Positions 13,797 through 27,150 are shown, counted from the first letter of the stretch. The stretch is DNA of 64,000 nucleotides from Lingula anatina (GCA_051362555.1 CM120647.1:17398651-17462650), one strand, 5' to 3'. Numbers and translations: made by a program. The notes: generated by a model from the letters alone, not told the origin.

Positions 13797-14788
13797 TATT
13801 TCTCTAATTAGTGCAGTTTTCCCATTTTTGTAATTTATTCTCAGGACAAAATGTCAAACCTTAATTCCGGACTTTACATACCTATCGCCATCAAGTACCA
13901 TCTGTTTGGCATAAACACGTCAATATTATTATTGAGCTGGGCGCTATTGTTTACTCCCATTCAGAGCGGTATGAATGAAATGGGCATACTAAGAAAAACG
14001 TGATTCAGCAAAAGAGTGTTTTGAAATATGAAACCAATAATTTCACCAGTTACAGGGTAATATGTGGTGTCAGTTACGTGCGGACTTCAGTGGTCATGCG
14101 TCAAGAACCCGAATGAACCGCAACGGTTTGTTTGGTAGTACGGTTTGGTGTGAAATATTAAATCACTTGTTGGTTTTTGATTTATTAAAGTAAAAAATTG
14201 CGTCGGTCATATGAGGGACAAACGCTTCATAGGTTCTGATTTTTTTTATCATTTTGATATTTAATTTCCTTGATATTATGGCATTGCTTGTTTGCTTTCG
14301 GTAATTATTTGTTATTAATTTTGAGGTTTTATTATTTTACGTGCCGGCATCTACGTTATAAGCCAGTCTATGAATTGTTATTGTGGAGTTATGAGGGCCA
14401 CGCTCCACGTGTTTTGAATAGTTTCCCTGCCGTGATATTTCATTGCGTTTCACCTGTTGGCTTTTTTGTATTTCAAACACAAAACGTGTTTACAGTTAGT
14501 TTTTCCCTGAGTGGTGCGTATGTCCAAAGCAAATTATGAGTAATATTTCCTCAAACTGACCGCAACCTTTACGCACTTGGCGGAGGTAGGCGGGGCTTTT
14601 CTAAGAATGACCACGCTGAATATGCAGGTGTTGGTTGTTTTTATAACTGGACATCGTTTCATACATTTTTGAAATAATTCAAATTGCTTAATTTGTGCGT
14701 AAACTCTGTAATGTATATAGTTGACGGAAGAACTTTGTTTTGGATATTAATGGTCCAGCAGGTGCGAATCTATTTTTACGTCAAAGTA

Positions 14789-14791
14789 TAT

Positions 14792-14854
<63 letters not shown>
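14789..14854. repeat. (ATTT)n microsatellite; similar tracts near 16288-16336, 25059-25090 and 26479-26522
   Basis: Direct reading of the sequence. Confidence 0.95.
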
Positions 14855-14855
<1 letters not shown>

Positions 14856-16290
14856 ATGCATTTATCTTTAAATTTAATTTAATTTATTTATCTTTTTTAT
14901 TTGATATCATTATTATCATTCATAAATGTTCACATGATTAATGTCAATACAGTGCTGTTTTGTTAAGTGTGCCCCGGTGCGCTGCAATACTTTGAATGTC
15001 GGACATCAGATGCTTTTAAAACATTCTAAGAAATCTTTTGGATTATATTTTTCTAATAAAATTAAAAAATCATAATTGTTTTCACGTTACTCCCATCGGA
15101 CAAAGAAGGCAATTTTTTTTATCGTTATTTTTAATGTGTGATTTTTATTTCTGTATTTATTACGGTTTTGTATAAAACAAATCTTCACTTCGGCAATGTC
15201 TTAAAACGTTTTTATTTTACAATACAGAGTTTGTGCGCTGTGGGTGACTATGAACTTCTTGAAATACGGTCTAACATCGTCGTTTCGATTTTCCCATGAA
15301 ATAATATCTATAAGAGAGGTTTCTGTTATGACAACAATGCATTCCAGTGGCACATTTTGATTTTTTTCGGTCCTGTTGTAGAGGTCAACAATTTAGGGAT
15401 CGCACCTTGCTATGTTTGTGGCTATTTCTGACTTTTGACCAACCGCACATGTCAATATACATGACGCATGCATTCCGTAATACTAGTGCACATGTTTTTA
15501 ATGGCAGTCGTATAACCATTGCACCGGGAAATAGATTGTAATGCATACTATATTGACAACGATTGTTTTGTTTTCGGGCGTTGAGCTTAACTGGTTAAGA
15601 CTGGTACTTGGTTTATCGAAGCTACACGTTTACAACTCCCCCCCCCCCCCCCCTGCACTTCCATGTGTAGTTAAGTCCACTTTTTTGAACTAACATGTAA
15701 GTGGTTGGTGATATTCTACCTAGTTGGTTATGAAAATTGGTTATTTGAATTGTTGGACATTGGGGTATCATTTTAAATTACCCACTGGTGTTTTTGACGT
15801 TTTTTTTACCTCAGTATATTAATGCTTGGCATGTTTTATAGTATTTACTATGTTACGTGGATCACAAGGAGTATGAATGGATTTCGTTCTTGATAGCAAA
15901 GATAAATATATTGCTATTGATCGATGAGGTCAGTAAGGTCAAGTTTCCTCTTCCATTGCTCTTATATCTTCCTTTTCCAATTTAGACGGATTTTGGGAAA
16001 TATTCAAGTTATTTACTGTGATGAGAACTGAATATATAGCCGAAAATTTCTGAAAATTTCAATCCATTTTTTTTTGGGGGGGGGGGGCTGTTGAAGGGAG
16101 AAAGGAAGTGAAAGGCATTAATGTTTTCATATTTGCAAATAGAAAAAAATTAATAGTACTTGAGTGGCGTGAGTGCAGTGTCCGTTTACTGTACTTTTGT
16201 CCTTTCTCTTTTTCTTTTTCTTCTTATTTTGATCTATTCCATAAAGATATGTGAAGCGTTTGATGCAGAGAGTTCAACAAACGAGCATAT

Positions 16291-16333
<43 letters not shown>

Positions 16334-19300
16334 TTTTTGACTTATTACCCAAAATACCTCATCTCCTACTAATCTACTCATCATGATTGCTCCCTTTCAT
16401 CATTTCATCGTGGTTGTGAGTGTTTTAAGCAGTGAGAGATATCCATTATGGGCTGAGCCAGCCTGTTTTTATTGTACACGAATGTTTTTTGGTCCGTTAC
16501 GCTTAGTTTTGTTCCAGCGCTCTTTGTCGCGTTTAACCAATGAATCGGAATATTTAGGCGGTGTTGGAGGTCGCCACTTGGAAAACATTTATGTCTTATA
16601 AACAGTGCTTTGTGCTCAGTCATTACACTCGTTGAACCCTAAACCGTTCAACTCCGGATTTACTGGTGTGTACTTCCTTCTAAGAAGTAACAGGATAGTT
16701 ACCTATGATACCAGAAAACACCTTTATTTTTTAAAAAATATAGTTTTAGTGTTAATTTGTCAAATATTTCACCAAATATGGTCAAATGTAACCAAATACG
16801 GACAGATGTTAGGTCTTTTATTAAGTGGATCTTAGTTCGTGTATTTAAAGTGTATGTCTGGTTTATAATCTTTGCACTTTCTTCCAAGAACCCAGGGGTG
16901 AATTTTGTTAGTTTAAAATCACCAAATGAGTGTCGGATATAGTTTTTGTGATACCCTACACCTTTAAGTGGAGCTCAGGCTTTTTCTCCACAGCACATTG
17001 TGTATTATTATCATTACCAGTCTTTTACCTCAACATTTGGCACTGTGATTTTTAAGTCTACACAGTCTTAATTTTGATTACTTCTTCGTTTTATACCCCT
17101 GTATTAAGAGTTAACATTTGTGTATTCTGTTTACATTAAGTTCAACCATTATACCATGGAGTTGTTTTGTAATTTGAGTTTGATATACTATTTATCGATT
17201 TAATAACTCAGGATTTTACTAGTATATTGACGTGGTACGTACTTCACGAAACGTTGTTAATTATGTCATTTCCGCCCACCACCAGTGCCTATGTAAGGCG
17301 CCGGGTTGTTTATCTGTATAATAACTACCCACACAAAATGATATACAAGTACTTTACATTTCAGCTCAAGAATCAGCAACGTACTTCTGTTTACAATATT
17401 AGATTTTTCATCAAGTGGGACGAAATGTTACAGTTGTTTGTTTGTTTGTTTGTTTGTTTGGTTCAACAATTACACCATCTACAACATGTAGTCACTTTAT
17501 TGGTTCACACAGATTAATGGCTTTGTTATTATTCATGTTACCACCCGTGTCAAGGTCGTCTGTATACTGATGCTTTTACCTCTACCCACACAGTTACAAT
17601 TCACTATATATTATCATCAACGTAATGGGCTTATAATTAATATTGATTCGGTTAAGAATGAAAACGAGAAAGTGTGTTACTATGGAAGCGGACTGCACCA
17701 TAGTGAGAAGGGCACGTGCTCGGGTGATTAAAACTTTAATTGTAATTTCAAACCTCAAAAATGCTTAATCCAAATGAAAAACCATCCTCTTTTCTTGAAA
17801 GTATTATCCCACTTCCGAAATCATTACCTAATGTTTACATAATGTTGTATAATCCATTCATTCTGATTAATGCAACATTTCGATTCTTGGGGTTTCCATG
17901 GGACCAAATTTTTCCCTAAACTGATAAGATAATCCTTAAACCTGACGTAAACTGAAGTTCTTTAGTGTCAATTAGACAGGACGAATTTGGGACGGACTGA
18001 GGCCGTCTTCTGGGTCTTCCGGAAGATGGTCAGATTTTCAAGTTAACATTGATGGGTATATAATTTTTTGTCGGCAGACGGTCAAAATTGAAGATGGATC
18101 ATCAAAGATAATTTGGAAGACTGTCAGAAAATATCTCTGGATCTGCCCTGATTTGTGTCTTGTACAATTGAAGTGCATTGCCCCACAATAGCTGTTGTTT
18201 AAACATTTAAGTCTATATACACATACAAAATACGTCATGTTATGTTGCATAATGCAGATAAAAATGAGCTGAAATTGCTTGGTTAATTATCTATATTTAT
18301 GGATAATGGCTTAATGGTTTATAGGCACACCTTCTGACAATTCCCTTGTTGGTATAATATATTAGTTAACAATGACAATTGCACTGCTAACAATCCACAG
18401 GTACAGACGCCTGTGTACATGAAAATAAAAATGTCGGGATTATCCACTTAGTATGTGCATTCATATCAGCCAAATGCCTCATGAAAGGTTCCTATAAAAT
18501 GACAGATGGGTGGTTAACTTGGCTCATTACGACGATTTAAACGTGTCTCTTAATAAAAAGAGTTTTGAGTGGAATCAAATTACCTTAAGTATAAAAACGA
18601 ATTACTATCTTACGTGATATATATATACTGGTAAATTAGGTTCCTACGTGCATTAACAAATCCCTTATTTTTATTTAACTTGATAAAATGGTATTTTGGT
18701 CAATACACACACCATATAGATGGCGCACTGCACAATATGTGACATACAGTATATCAGAAATGTAGAAAAAGGGCAAGCAGTTGCAATTTATTTGCCATAG
18801 AACCATAAGTTGAATGTGAGTGCTGACACCCTCTTACGATATCATACAAGTATATATGTCTCGAACACCTCTCGCTCGAATGACAACGTGTTATGTCACA
18901 CATAATCTGCATTATTCAATGTTGTTTAAGTGCAAAACGTCTGTTCAAGTATTTTAATTTTGCATACAGATGACAATGGTATCCTCAGCTGTTATTTAAA
19001 GCCACGTCACTTAACAAAACCTCTTCAAGTCGAATATATATATAACCACGAAGACAAGTGGTACAAAAACGATTTCAGGGATGCGGTGCCAGGGTGTATT
19101 TCAGCATGTGGTTGACTCCAATACCATCCTGAAGGTGCAGCAGTACCAATAACCTGGGCTTGTTATAGACAAAAACTGCATTTAAACAAAATAAAATTTC
19201 GGTTATGTAATTATAAGGCCGAGAAATTAAGTTTCTTCTTAGATGTATTTTGATGGACAAAACTTGAAGGCAGTATATTTTGCTTTAAATCTTAGACATA

Positions 19301-19777
19301 GCGATCAGATTGGAAAGACTTTGAACCCTGATCTGCCTGCACAAAAAACGGGTCTTCGTACAGGGGCCCACAAATTCTACATATGTTTGGGTTTGTATAT
19401 TACGTTTATATATAGTTTTGGGGTGAGAAGCCCTAATTTTTAGATGTCGTTTGACCATAATTCAAGTTAAAAAATTATGAATAAATATATTGAACCGCCA
19501 AACTTGTCATTTTTTGTTTTTTGTACTTTTCATCATGAGAAGTGACAGGTTTACCCATTCTTTCGCCTTCACACTGCGAGTTAGAATTAAAAACATCTCT
19601 AACAGAAAAACTGAAACCGCAAGAGAATGGCATGCATTGGGTAAAAGGACACCTCTTATCACAGGATTATTTCTGTTATTAGTTTCTGTTAATAGATCCA
19701 TGAATACAAGCGGACTATTTAACTGTGTGAGATGACATCATTGCTTTTATACACGCTGTGTTGCAGAAAAGAACATT

Positions 19778-19812
<35 letters not shown>

Positions 19813-21378
19813 CCCCAAAGATCAACCCAGCCGTGCAAGTTAATCACAGGGTAAAATTTAACTATTCATTCTGTATGCATTGGCAAAATCAGTTATTGGT
19901 GTACTTTTCCATGGCACTCTAGAATCTAGACATTCTGTCTACATATAAGTACTATGGTCAACCAGCTATTCAGTAAGACACGTACGTCGAGATTAACTTA
20001 GCATGCATATGGTTTTGAACGTACTCCACAGCTCATGACAACTCTCCGAGTGCTTCGTTTGAAATTACAAACCAGCCAAAGATGCATGAACAAACAATGT
20101 ATTTATGACAAGCGATATTTCAGAACACAAAACATCCGTCAAGAGCATAAAAGGGTCCTTGAAAGACAGCGGTGAGCCATCTCTACACAATGCGGTGAGG
20201 CCAAAGTGTTGCGCAAAAACAGATTCTTGTTCCTTAGTCTACCTTGCCCTAGGTTTCACAGTGAAACACGCCTTGTCCCGTCACTCTGACTGGGCAAGCA
20301 TTGTTCTTTTACCAAACACTGGGGATTCTTGGTCCCAGACAACTGCCTTGGTGACAACACGTGGTTAGCCCTGATTAACTCCAAGCCACAATATCATCAA
20401 GATTAATTAATCTTAATATTAATGTGGACTGTGCAAAGAGACAAAGCACTTATTAAACGGTAGTCATAAATAATAATTTAATATTTATTTCCGTCATTTA
20501 TCATCATATGGTGTCCTTGTTGAGGTAACGCCATTGTTATTTACTCGGTCTCTTTTGCACTCAAATTTTAATGGTTGGGTTCATTTTTTAAAGTGATATT
20601 CTCACCATTATCCTGTACATTATATTTCATACATCATTCACATCATATCGCATTTCGTTTTATAGTATACATCTACCATATTTGTAGGCTACAGCATTCA
20701 TGACACATGCTATCGCAACTCTACTTCGTACGGAAGTACATCTAAGATTGTAAAAAGATCCATTTTATATTTTCATTTCACCACACCTCAGATAGATACA
20801 TGCACATTGTATTTACAATTTTAATTTTTTTCTTTTATTTTTACCACAGCCGCTTAGTAAGGTGCACCTGTACGTAATGCCACCCACTTAATACCATCTT
20901 ATCAGTAATTATCCCGGTGAAGTCCGTCACAATGTAATTTGACCAAAAAAAACTAAGCTCTCAATTGTTGTGATGTAATGAAAGAATAAAAACACACAAT
21001 GGTCGTGGTTCAGAATGCTTGATTTCATTTCTTGCAAAAGTTAGCCTTTTTTGTAGAAAAAAAACGTTGCAGGTACTTATAGATTCACTGAGAATAAAAT
21101 CAGAGTTCAAGTGACTCCAAACTCGGAGCCTAAAAAAACTCCCACTTGGCCACTTGGAGTCAAGTTAAGTCCGATGGAGTAAAGCCATCCCAGACCCCAG
21201 AGAAGCGTCACAATTGAATCCATTCACACATCCCTTCATCCCTTGATTTATCTCTACAAAAGAGTCACCATGATCCCGTTTTAAGGAATCTTTTACTACT
21301 TGGCACAATGTGAAAAAAATACAACAATAACAGTGCCAAGCTGGGAGACAGCAGGAAACGTTTGTTAAAGACTAATAT

Positions 21379-21450
21379 GTCCCCGGAAGGATTTGAACCC
21401 ACGCCCTCCAGCTTCGGAGGCGGACACTCTACCCACAAGCCCAGTCGGTC
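21379..21450 (-). pseudogene. tRNA-derived sequence (tRNA-Arg(CCG)-like pseudo-tRNA or SINE head) inside the EnSpm-like element
   Basis: Minus strand GACCGACTGGGCTTGTGGGTAGAGTGTCCGCCTCCGAAGCTGGAGGGCGTGGGTTCAAATCCTTCCGGGGAC, 72 nt, with an A-box-like TGGGCTTGTGG, B-box GGTTCAAATCC and CCG in the anticodon loop. Acceptor and anticodon stems are mispaired. Confidence 0.75.
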
Positions 21451-21517
21451 GCACATTGTGCAAAAATAGCAATATATTTTATAACAAACAGTTTGTAAAT
21501 CTGGTAATAAACAGCAT

Positions 21518-21520
<3 letters not shown>

Positions 21521-21571
<51 letters not shown>
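21521..21571. repeat. (TA)n microsatellite
   Basis: Direct reading. Confidence 0.95.
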
Positions 21572-21573
<2 letters not shown>

Positions 21574-22295
21574 AACGAGTTAGCATACATGTACCTCCCC
21601 AGTGACATGCGGGTCAAACCTACAAACTGGAAACAAAACCTGCTGAACTGTATACTAACATATCACATAAAGGGTGTGTGCAACTGAAAGCCCGGGCCAA
21701 GAATAAGTGCGCAAGTTCTGCATGCAGAAACACACAGAAAAACAATTGTTCATGCATAAAACAAACTATGGCCAATAAAGTAATGTTTATACTGACAAAG
21801 GATGATGAAAACTGTTCTCTCCACGGCGTCTGCTCACTGCCATCACAAGTAATGAAACGAGGCGTACTGTCCAGCGAGCGAAAAGAGTCGGTGGAAGGGG
21901 TCAGCCAGACAATGGCCCGCGGTAATTTGACTCTGATTTTAGAGTCAGATTGACTCCATGAGAGTCAAGGGGGTGATTGATTATGATAAGAGAGTCTAAC
22001 GACTCTGGTAGTGGGGTAATTTGACCCTTATATAGGAGTCAAATTAACTCCATGAGGGTCAAGGGGAGCTGGACTCTAACTAGAGAGTCAAATGACTCCA
22101 ATTTTGTACTCAGTGTCTTTTTTGTTGCAAGCCTGTTAAAGTGCGCTAGCGTCATTGTTCTTCCAACATGCTTCTGGTATTTCCTGATTAAATGGGAAAT
22201 ATTTGATATGGGCATAGACATGTTCACACGAATGGTTTCATTACAAGATACTGCAACAATGCAATTCCCGCAAACGTACGTATGGCATTGAAATG

Positions 22296-22426
22296 AAAGT
22301 GTTACATTACATTTACTTTGTAACAGCAGCAGTTTTACATTTCGTTTACTTTGTAACAGCAAAAGTGTTACATTTCAATTATTTTGTTACAATAATGGCG
22401 TTACATTTCATTCACTTTGTTACAGT
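22296..22426. repeat. Degenerate ~33-bp tandem repeat, 4 copies
   Basis: Units like AAAGTGTTACATTTCATTTACTTTGTAACAGC, each with GTTACA…TGT(A/T)ACA. Confidence 0.8.
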
Positions 22427-22957
22427 GAAGGCCTCACATAAATGTTCAATGACGACCCCGTTTTTTTTGCTGATACCGTCTTTGTTATCCGTGACCTACA
22501 ATTTTACTGCGTGCATGATAATTGACAATCATTTTAGTGAACACCTTTAATCTAAGGTTATCTTAACCATCAGGAACGAAGCTTGAGTAAACTATTTTGA
22601 AGACTATTTTTTTTCTTTTGTTTGTTTGTGTTTATTTAGGTACTTATTTAGGCTACTAATTTATTTATGAATTTTTATCTGATGATGGTTGAAGCTGTAG
22701 TTTTTTTCAAGTTCTCAGAGATGACCATGTTCTTGAAAATATTTCCCATTTAAGAGGGGAACAGTAATTAATAAGCAAATCATATTCATGAAAAATACCA
22801 AATTCAATGTTAAGTATCTTTATTTCATTTTCTCTCAATTTTTACGTTAAACTTTTCTTATTTGATGTGCATTGTCTCTTAAAACCACTGATGTGTAGGT
22901 TCATTCAGTCTATACGAGCTGTCTTTACTTGTAGTTTTCAAAGTCTGACAATAGTCG

Positions 22958-23671
22958 TCACAAACTGTCGATAGATGGCGACCCCTCTTTCTTATTCTTA
23001 TTGCAAGACGGTGTCCAGTATTCATAAGGGGTGCACAATCTCCTGTAATATCTCTCTCCGTAACTATTGAATAACTTTTTGACAATTTTCCGTCTCTTTG
23101 GTAGGAAAAACTTGGACCTGAAAGCACTTTTGAGCAGAAGAAGAGCATTCGTTTCCTCGTCCAATAGGGGAGGAGTCTTAAAGGCTTCTCCGTTCTCTTT
23201 AAAGTTGTCGAGGAACGAAAGGATTTCCTCTGCCCGCGAGTCGGCATCCCGTTTGGATAATTGGGGCACACCTGTCAAAAAGATGTTTTCTTTATCTGTC
23301 TTGGGTTTACAGTGCATACAATACTTTTTTAAAGTTTGATACAAATCTAATTTTTTATAATGTTTGTGAAAGGAAAGGATGTTTTTCAACCACAGCACCT
23401 ATTAATTTATCATTTCATTTTTGGCTACCTGTGCTTAAGATTACACCTTTATTATGACGTGAGCGATAAATGCTACTGCAATATCAATTGCATCAAGTTA
23501 AAAAGAATGAAATAACGCCTTAAAAGCACCGTTCTATGACTATAAATTTTAACAGCGTATCAATATTAATATTCCGTTCAGCGTTCCAAACTTACCGGAG
23601 CAATATCTGGCCCAGACCAACAGCATGAGAATCGTCGTGAGACCCTGTCCACAAAGGTCAAAACTGCCCAT
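22958..23671 (-). CDS. Putative secreted peptide (neuropeptide/hormone-like) precursor, 129 aa, two coding exons
   Basis: Exon 1 23671-23596 (MGSFDLCGQGLTTILMLLVWARYCS, donor G|GTAAGT), exon 2 23271-22958 (acceptor TTTTTGACAG|); the phase-1 join is in frame. Product: signal peptide, VPQLS-KR, acidic spacer, KRRK, IVKKLFNSYGERYY-RR-LCTPYEYWTPSCNKN-KK-EGSPSIDSL*. TATA-like TATATAA at ~23897-23903 and AATAAA at 22819-22824 on the minus strand. Confidence 0.75.
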
Positions 23672-24404
23672 CTTGAGTATGATTTGGTTTTTCTTCGCTG
23701 CTTTGAGCTTTTCTTTCAACTTTGATAGAACTGTATGCAACACCTTTCCAACTTTCAACTTCACTATCACGAACCGTATTGATATATAATCTTGAAGAGT
23801 TCCAAAAGCTATTGGTAGGCCTACCAGTGCTGCTCTGCCTTTCATCTACACCTCTCCACAGTCTGTTTCTCATCAGATCTGTTCTTCGGTGTACTATTAT
23901 ATATAAAGATATCTACAGACCTGTTCAGACGGGATTATAGTGGAACGAAAGTAGGCCTAATTGGTGTCAGTAGACGCCACGATTGTAACATTTCCTACTT
24001 GGTGTCTGTTAGCGTAGTCATATTCCTTGTCCATTCTAAAATAGGTTCCGTCCTAACGCTGCTAAATAATCCAATGAATGATATTTTAGCGTTGTCTGTC
24101 AGTTACTTGATTAGCGTCAAGTACCTGTTTTGATCACACGACACATGTACTTAATTGTTTTTCCATTTCAATACATATCCCCTTGTCGTGACTTGGATGA
24201 AATTACAAATGTTTTTTTTTTTTTTTTTTTTTTTTGTTCTATTTTTTTTTTCTTAGAATATACTGTATACTGATGCAGTTAAAATGTAGATGACACATAT
24301 CAAGAACCATTAATCAAGGAAATACGAGTCAATAGATTTAACACTTAAATACAGCCTTTGGGTTCGTTACAATAAAAATATTAATATATTATTATTAATA
24401 TCAA

Positions 24405-24464
<60 letters not shown>
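24405..24464. repeat. (AAT)n microsatellite; (TAT)n tracts also near 36498-36540, 46180-46221 and 53963-54040
   Basis: Direct reading. Confidence 0.95.
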
Positions 24465-24467
<3 letters not shown>

Positions 24468-25060
24468 AATAAATATGAAAATAAACTTTATTTAAAGAAG
24501 GTAAAACATGTTTAGTGTAATCACTACTTTCACGTGGCATTGATGTATAAAAGTTTTATTGATTTACAATTTTAGATATGGTTTTAATTTAGATAAAAGA
24601 GTCAGTTTACTATTAAGTTTGTTTCTCAAGCTTGGATAGATAAATGGCGTATAACCTTACAAGGACACATAAAAGTGCTCATACCATATCGTGGCCATGC
24701 ACTGCGATAGTGCTTTCAGATCCTCTTGCTGAGTGATGAAGAAAAAATGGAGTCAAGTAACCGAACGCAATCCAAGCAAGTGAAAGTGAAGTGCTACAAC
24801 AAATGCACCTCACGATTCACTTCTCAGGATTAGTGAGGTAAGAGTCAACGGTTTTCACATTTTGCGTGCATTAAATAATTGCTTTAACACGACGTGATTG
24901 AGTCTTAATATATATATATAATTTTTTTTTCGGCGAAATCGCGTTGCAGTTTTGATCAATTATGTCTAGGTTACATCCTGCGTGCGAAGTCTCTACTCTA
25001 CTGAGTAAGTATCCTGCATTTTCCTTTCTGTGTGGCCCATGAGGGGTGTGAATCATATGT

Positions 25061-25098
<38 letters not shown>

Positions 25099-25129
25099 TA
25101 GGACACATATTTCGGACATTAAACATCTG

Positions 25130-25253
25130 CAGAGGCGGATCCAAGATTATTTGAAGGGGGGGGGGGCGTTTTTTGGGGAATGACAGGCCGTGGATGCAAA
25201 GGACCCCCCCCCCCCCACCCACCCACCACCACCACCGCCTAAATCCGCCACTG
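25130..25253. mobile_element. MITE with CAG termini and 5-bp TSD (hAT5-like), family A
   Basis: Ends CAGAGGCGGATCCAAG…CTAAATCCGCCACTG; perfect TSD ATCTG (25125-25129 / 25254-25258). Confidence 0.85.
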
Positions 25254-26481
25254 ATCTGCTGAACGTTACTTTTTATTTTCTGTTTTTATTCTGTCATATT
25301 GACCAATGTTGTCACTGCCGACCACCCAGAGTAACCTTGCTTGTAATTTCGGTGCAGCAATGATCTCTCTCTCTCTTTCTCTCCTATAAAACACAGAACG
25401 TACTCCCACGCCCACACTTGATTGTTAATTGCCACTCAACGCCTGGAGAGCAATTGCAAGAAATTTCTCTCATAAGCACCTGCGGCCACTGACGATTCGT
25501 CATTTTTTTCCATTAATGAAAATAAGTTTTAAAATGCGAATAGTATTTCACTGACGACGAAAATTGTTTGGATGTCAGTTTTACTGAGAAACGTGGGTTT
25601 CTGGGCCAAAGGAAAGGTGTTCGTTATCTTTTATACCATACAAAGTGATGAAAAGGTATCAGAACCTAAAGTATTTGTCAAAACATAGCCAGTATATACA
25701 ATTGGAATTTGGCGAATTGCATTCTGTATGGTTTTACTTTAAGTGACTTCCCTGTTTGACCAGAAAAGGAAAACGTTAAGGACCTTGTTTGTTACGAAAC
25801 GCTTTTTAATACAACTGTGATTTTTATTTTATTTTTTTAATTGAAAAAAGAAAAAATATATATATTCAACAATTCAATTTTTCGCATGAAATCAACATAC
25901 ATATCAAAAACAACACGTGAATATGTGTCTACCATATTCAAAGTTATCTTTATGTAGCAAATCAATTGATTTCAATTGAAGCATGAAAGAAAAAAAAACT
26001 GAATTTATATTACTGATTTTGTAGATACATGTAGTTTCAAAATGGCACAGCTTAAGGCAGCTGGTAAAGTATTTGTAATGTCATGTCAGGTTGCATGATG
26101 TCAGGTGGCATTTCATACCATCTTTCAGTAACACAACGTGACAAACTTCAAAGCGAGCTATTAATCTGCTAAGTGCGTCCCTTTCGTTTCTTGTCTTGGA
26201 AAAGCATTAAACAAAACGATTTCACTGTGAACTTGCCTTTGAAAATGGAAGACTTACCAATATTCGTTACGATATTATCTTTCATGCACTCGTGTTCAGT
26301 GTGTACGCACTTAACTAGTTAAGCTACCAGTAGCCTAGGCCTATGGGTATTAACTATAAAAAAGTTGTTTAATGATTTGACGGGCGTTTCATTAAGGATA
26401 TAAAGTAAGGAGTTTTTCTATCGGTTTTTTATTATTATTTTATTTCCCTTCATTTTCTTTATCTTAATTTGATGTGCCTAT

Positions 26482-26520
<39 letters not shown>

Positions 26521-26608
26521 TTTTATAACACATGAAAAACCACCTTCTCAGTACCCGGTATATTTATGCTTAACGGACCAAGCTTTGACTGGATTCGATA
26601 GGCGTTTA

Positions 26609-26646
26609 CAGGGCCGTAGCCTCATTTTGCTCAGGCTACGGCCCTG
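26609..26646. mobile_element. Minimal 38-bp MITE (hAT5-like, family B) upstream of PCTP
   Basis: Perfect 14-bp TIR CAGGGCCGTAGCCT, 10-bp spacer, perfect TSD GTTTA (26604-26608 / 26647-26651). Confidence 0.85.
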
Positions 26647-27150
26647 GTTTATTACCCTATGTCAGAGGAATTAACAGCACACTAGTGTTTACCAGGAAAG
26701 TCAGTGCAGACGTTTTGGTACAAAATTAGTACGGAACTTATATAAACCCTTTTCATTATATACCTTTTAAGTTTATATACCGTGTAGTGTTTTAAATCCT
26801 TGGCTAGATTCCCAGGAAAAAAATAAAACCACCACTTAAAACCTGAAATGCAGCACGCAGAGTAGAGGAATATACGTACTTTACTTGGAAAAGTACATGT
26901 AGTAGATCTACCTATGAAATCGAGAATCATAAATTCGATTCTTTTACCTGAAATGACACCTTAATTTTTTCCTGATATCTGACAAATTACGTTTTCAAGT
27001 TCCAGTCAGTATTATCTTGCACGTGATATAGGAAAACAAACTGACACGATCGCCATCTATACATGTGTTTGTTGATAGCTACACATGTCCATTCCATTCA
27101 TTCTTTTCCCCGCCGGATAACAGGCCATCGTTATAACAGAAAACGTGGCC

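Larger units (their letters stand above)
21086..22115. mobile_element. Non-autonomous CMC/EnSpm(CACTA)-like TIR element, about 1.03 kb
   Basis: Imperfect TIRs CACTGAGAATAAAATCAGAGT / revcomp CACTGAGTACAAAATTGGAGT. Dense subterminal GAGTC/GACTC repeats at 21100-21270 and 21925-22100. No coding capacity; TSD not clearly preserved (tt / tc). Confidence 0.7.

Noticed and set aside
20105-20368. Possible LINE C-terminal remnant on the minus strand (RNKNLFLRNTLASPHC)
   Set aside because: Resemblance too short and weak to support without a database search.
21379-21450. Functional tRNA-Arg gene
   Set aside because: Acceptor and anticodon stems are mispaired and it lies within a transposon-like element.
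22879-23271. 130-aa minus-strand ORF overlapping the peptide precursor exon
   Set aside because: Alternative frame starting at a GTG at the splice acceptor; the phase-1 junction selects the other frame.
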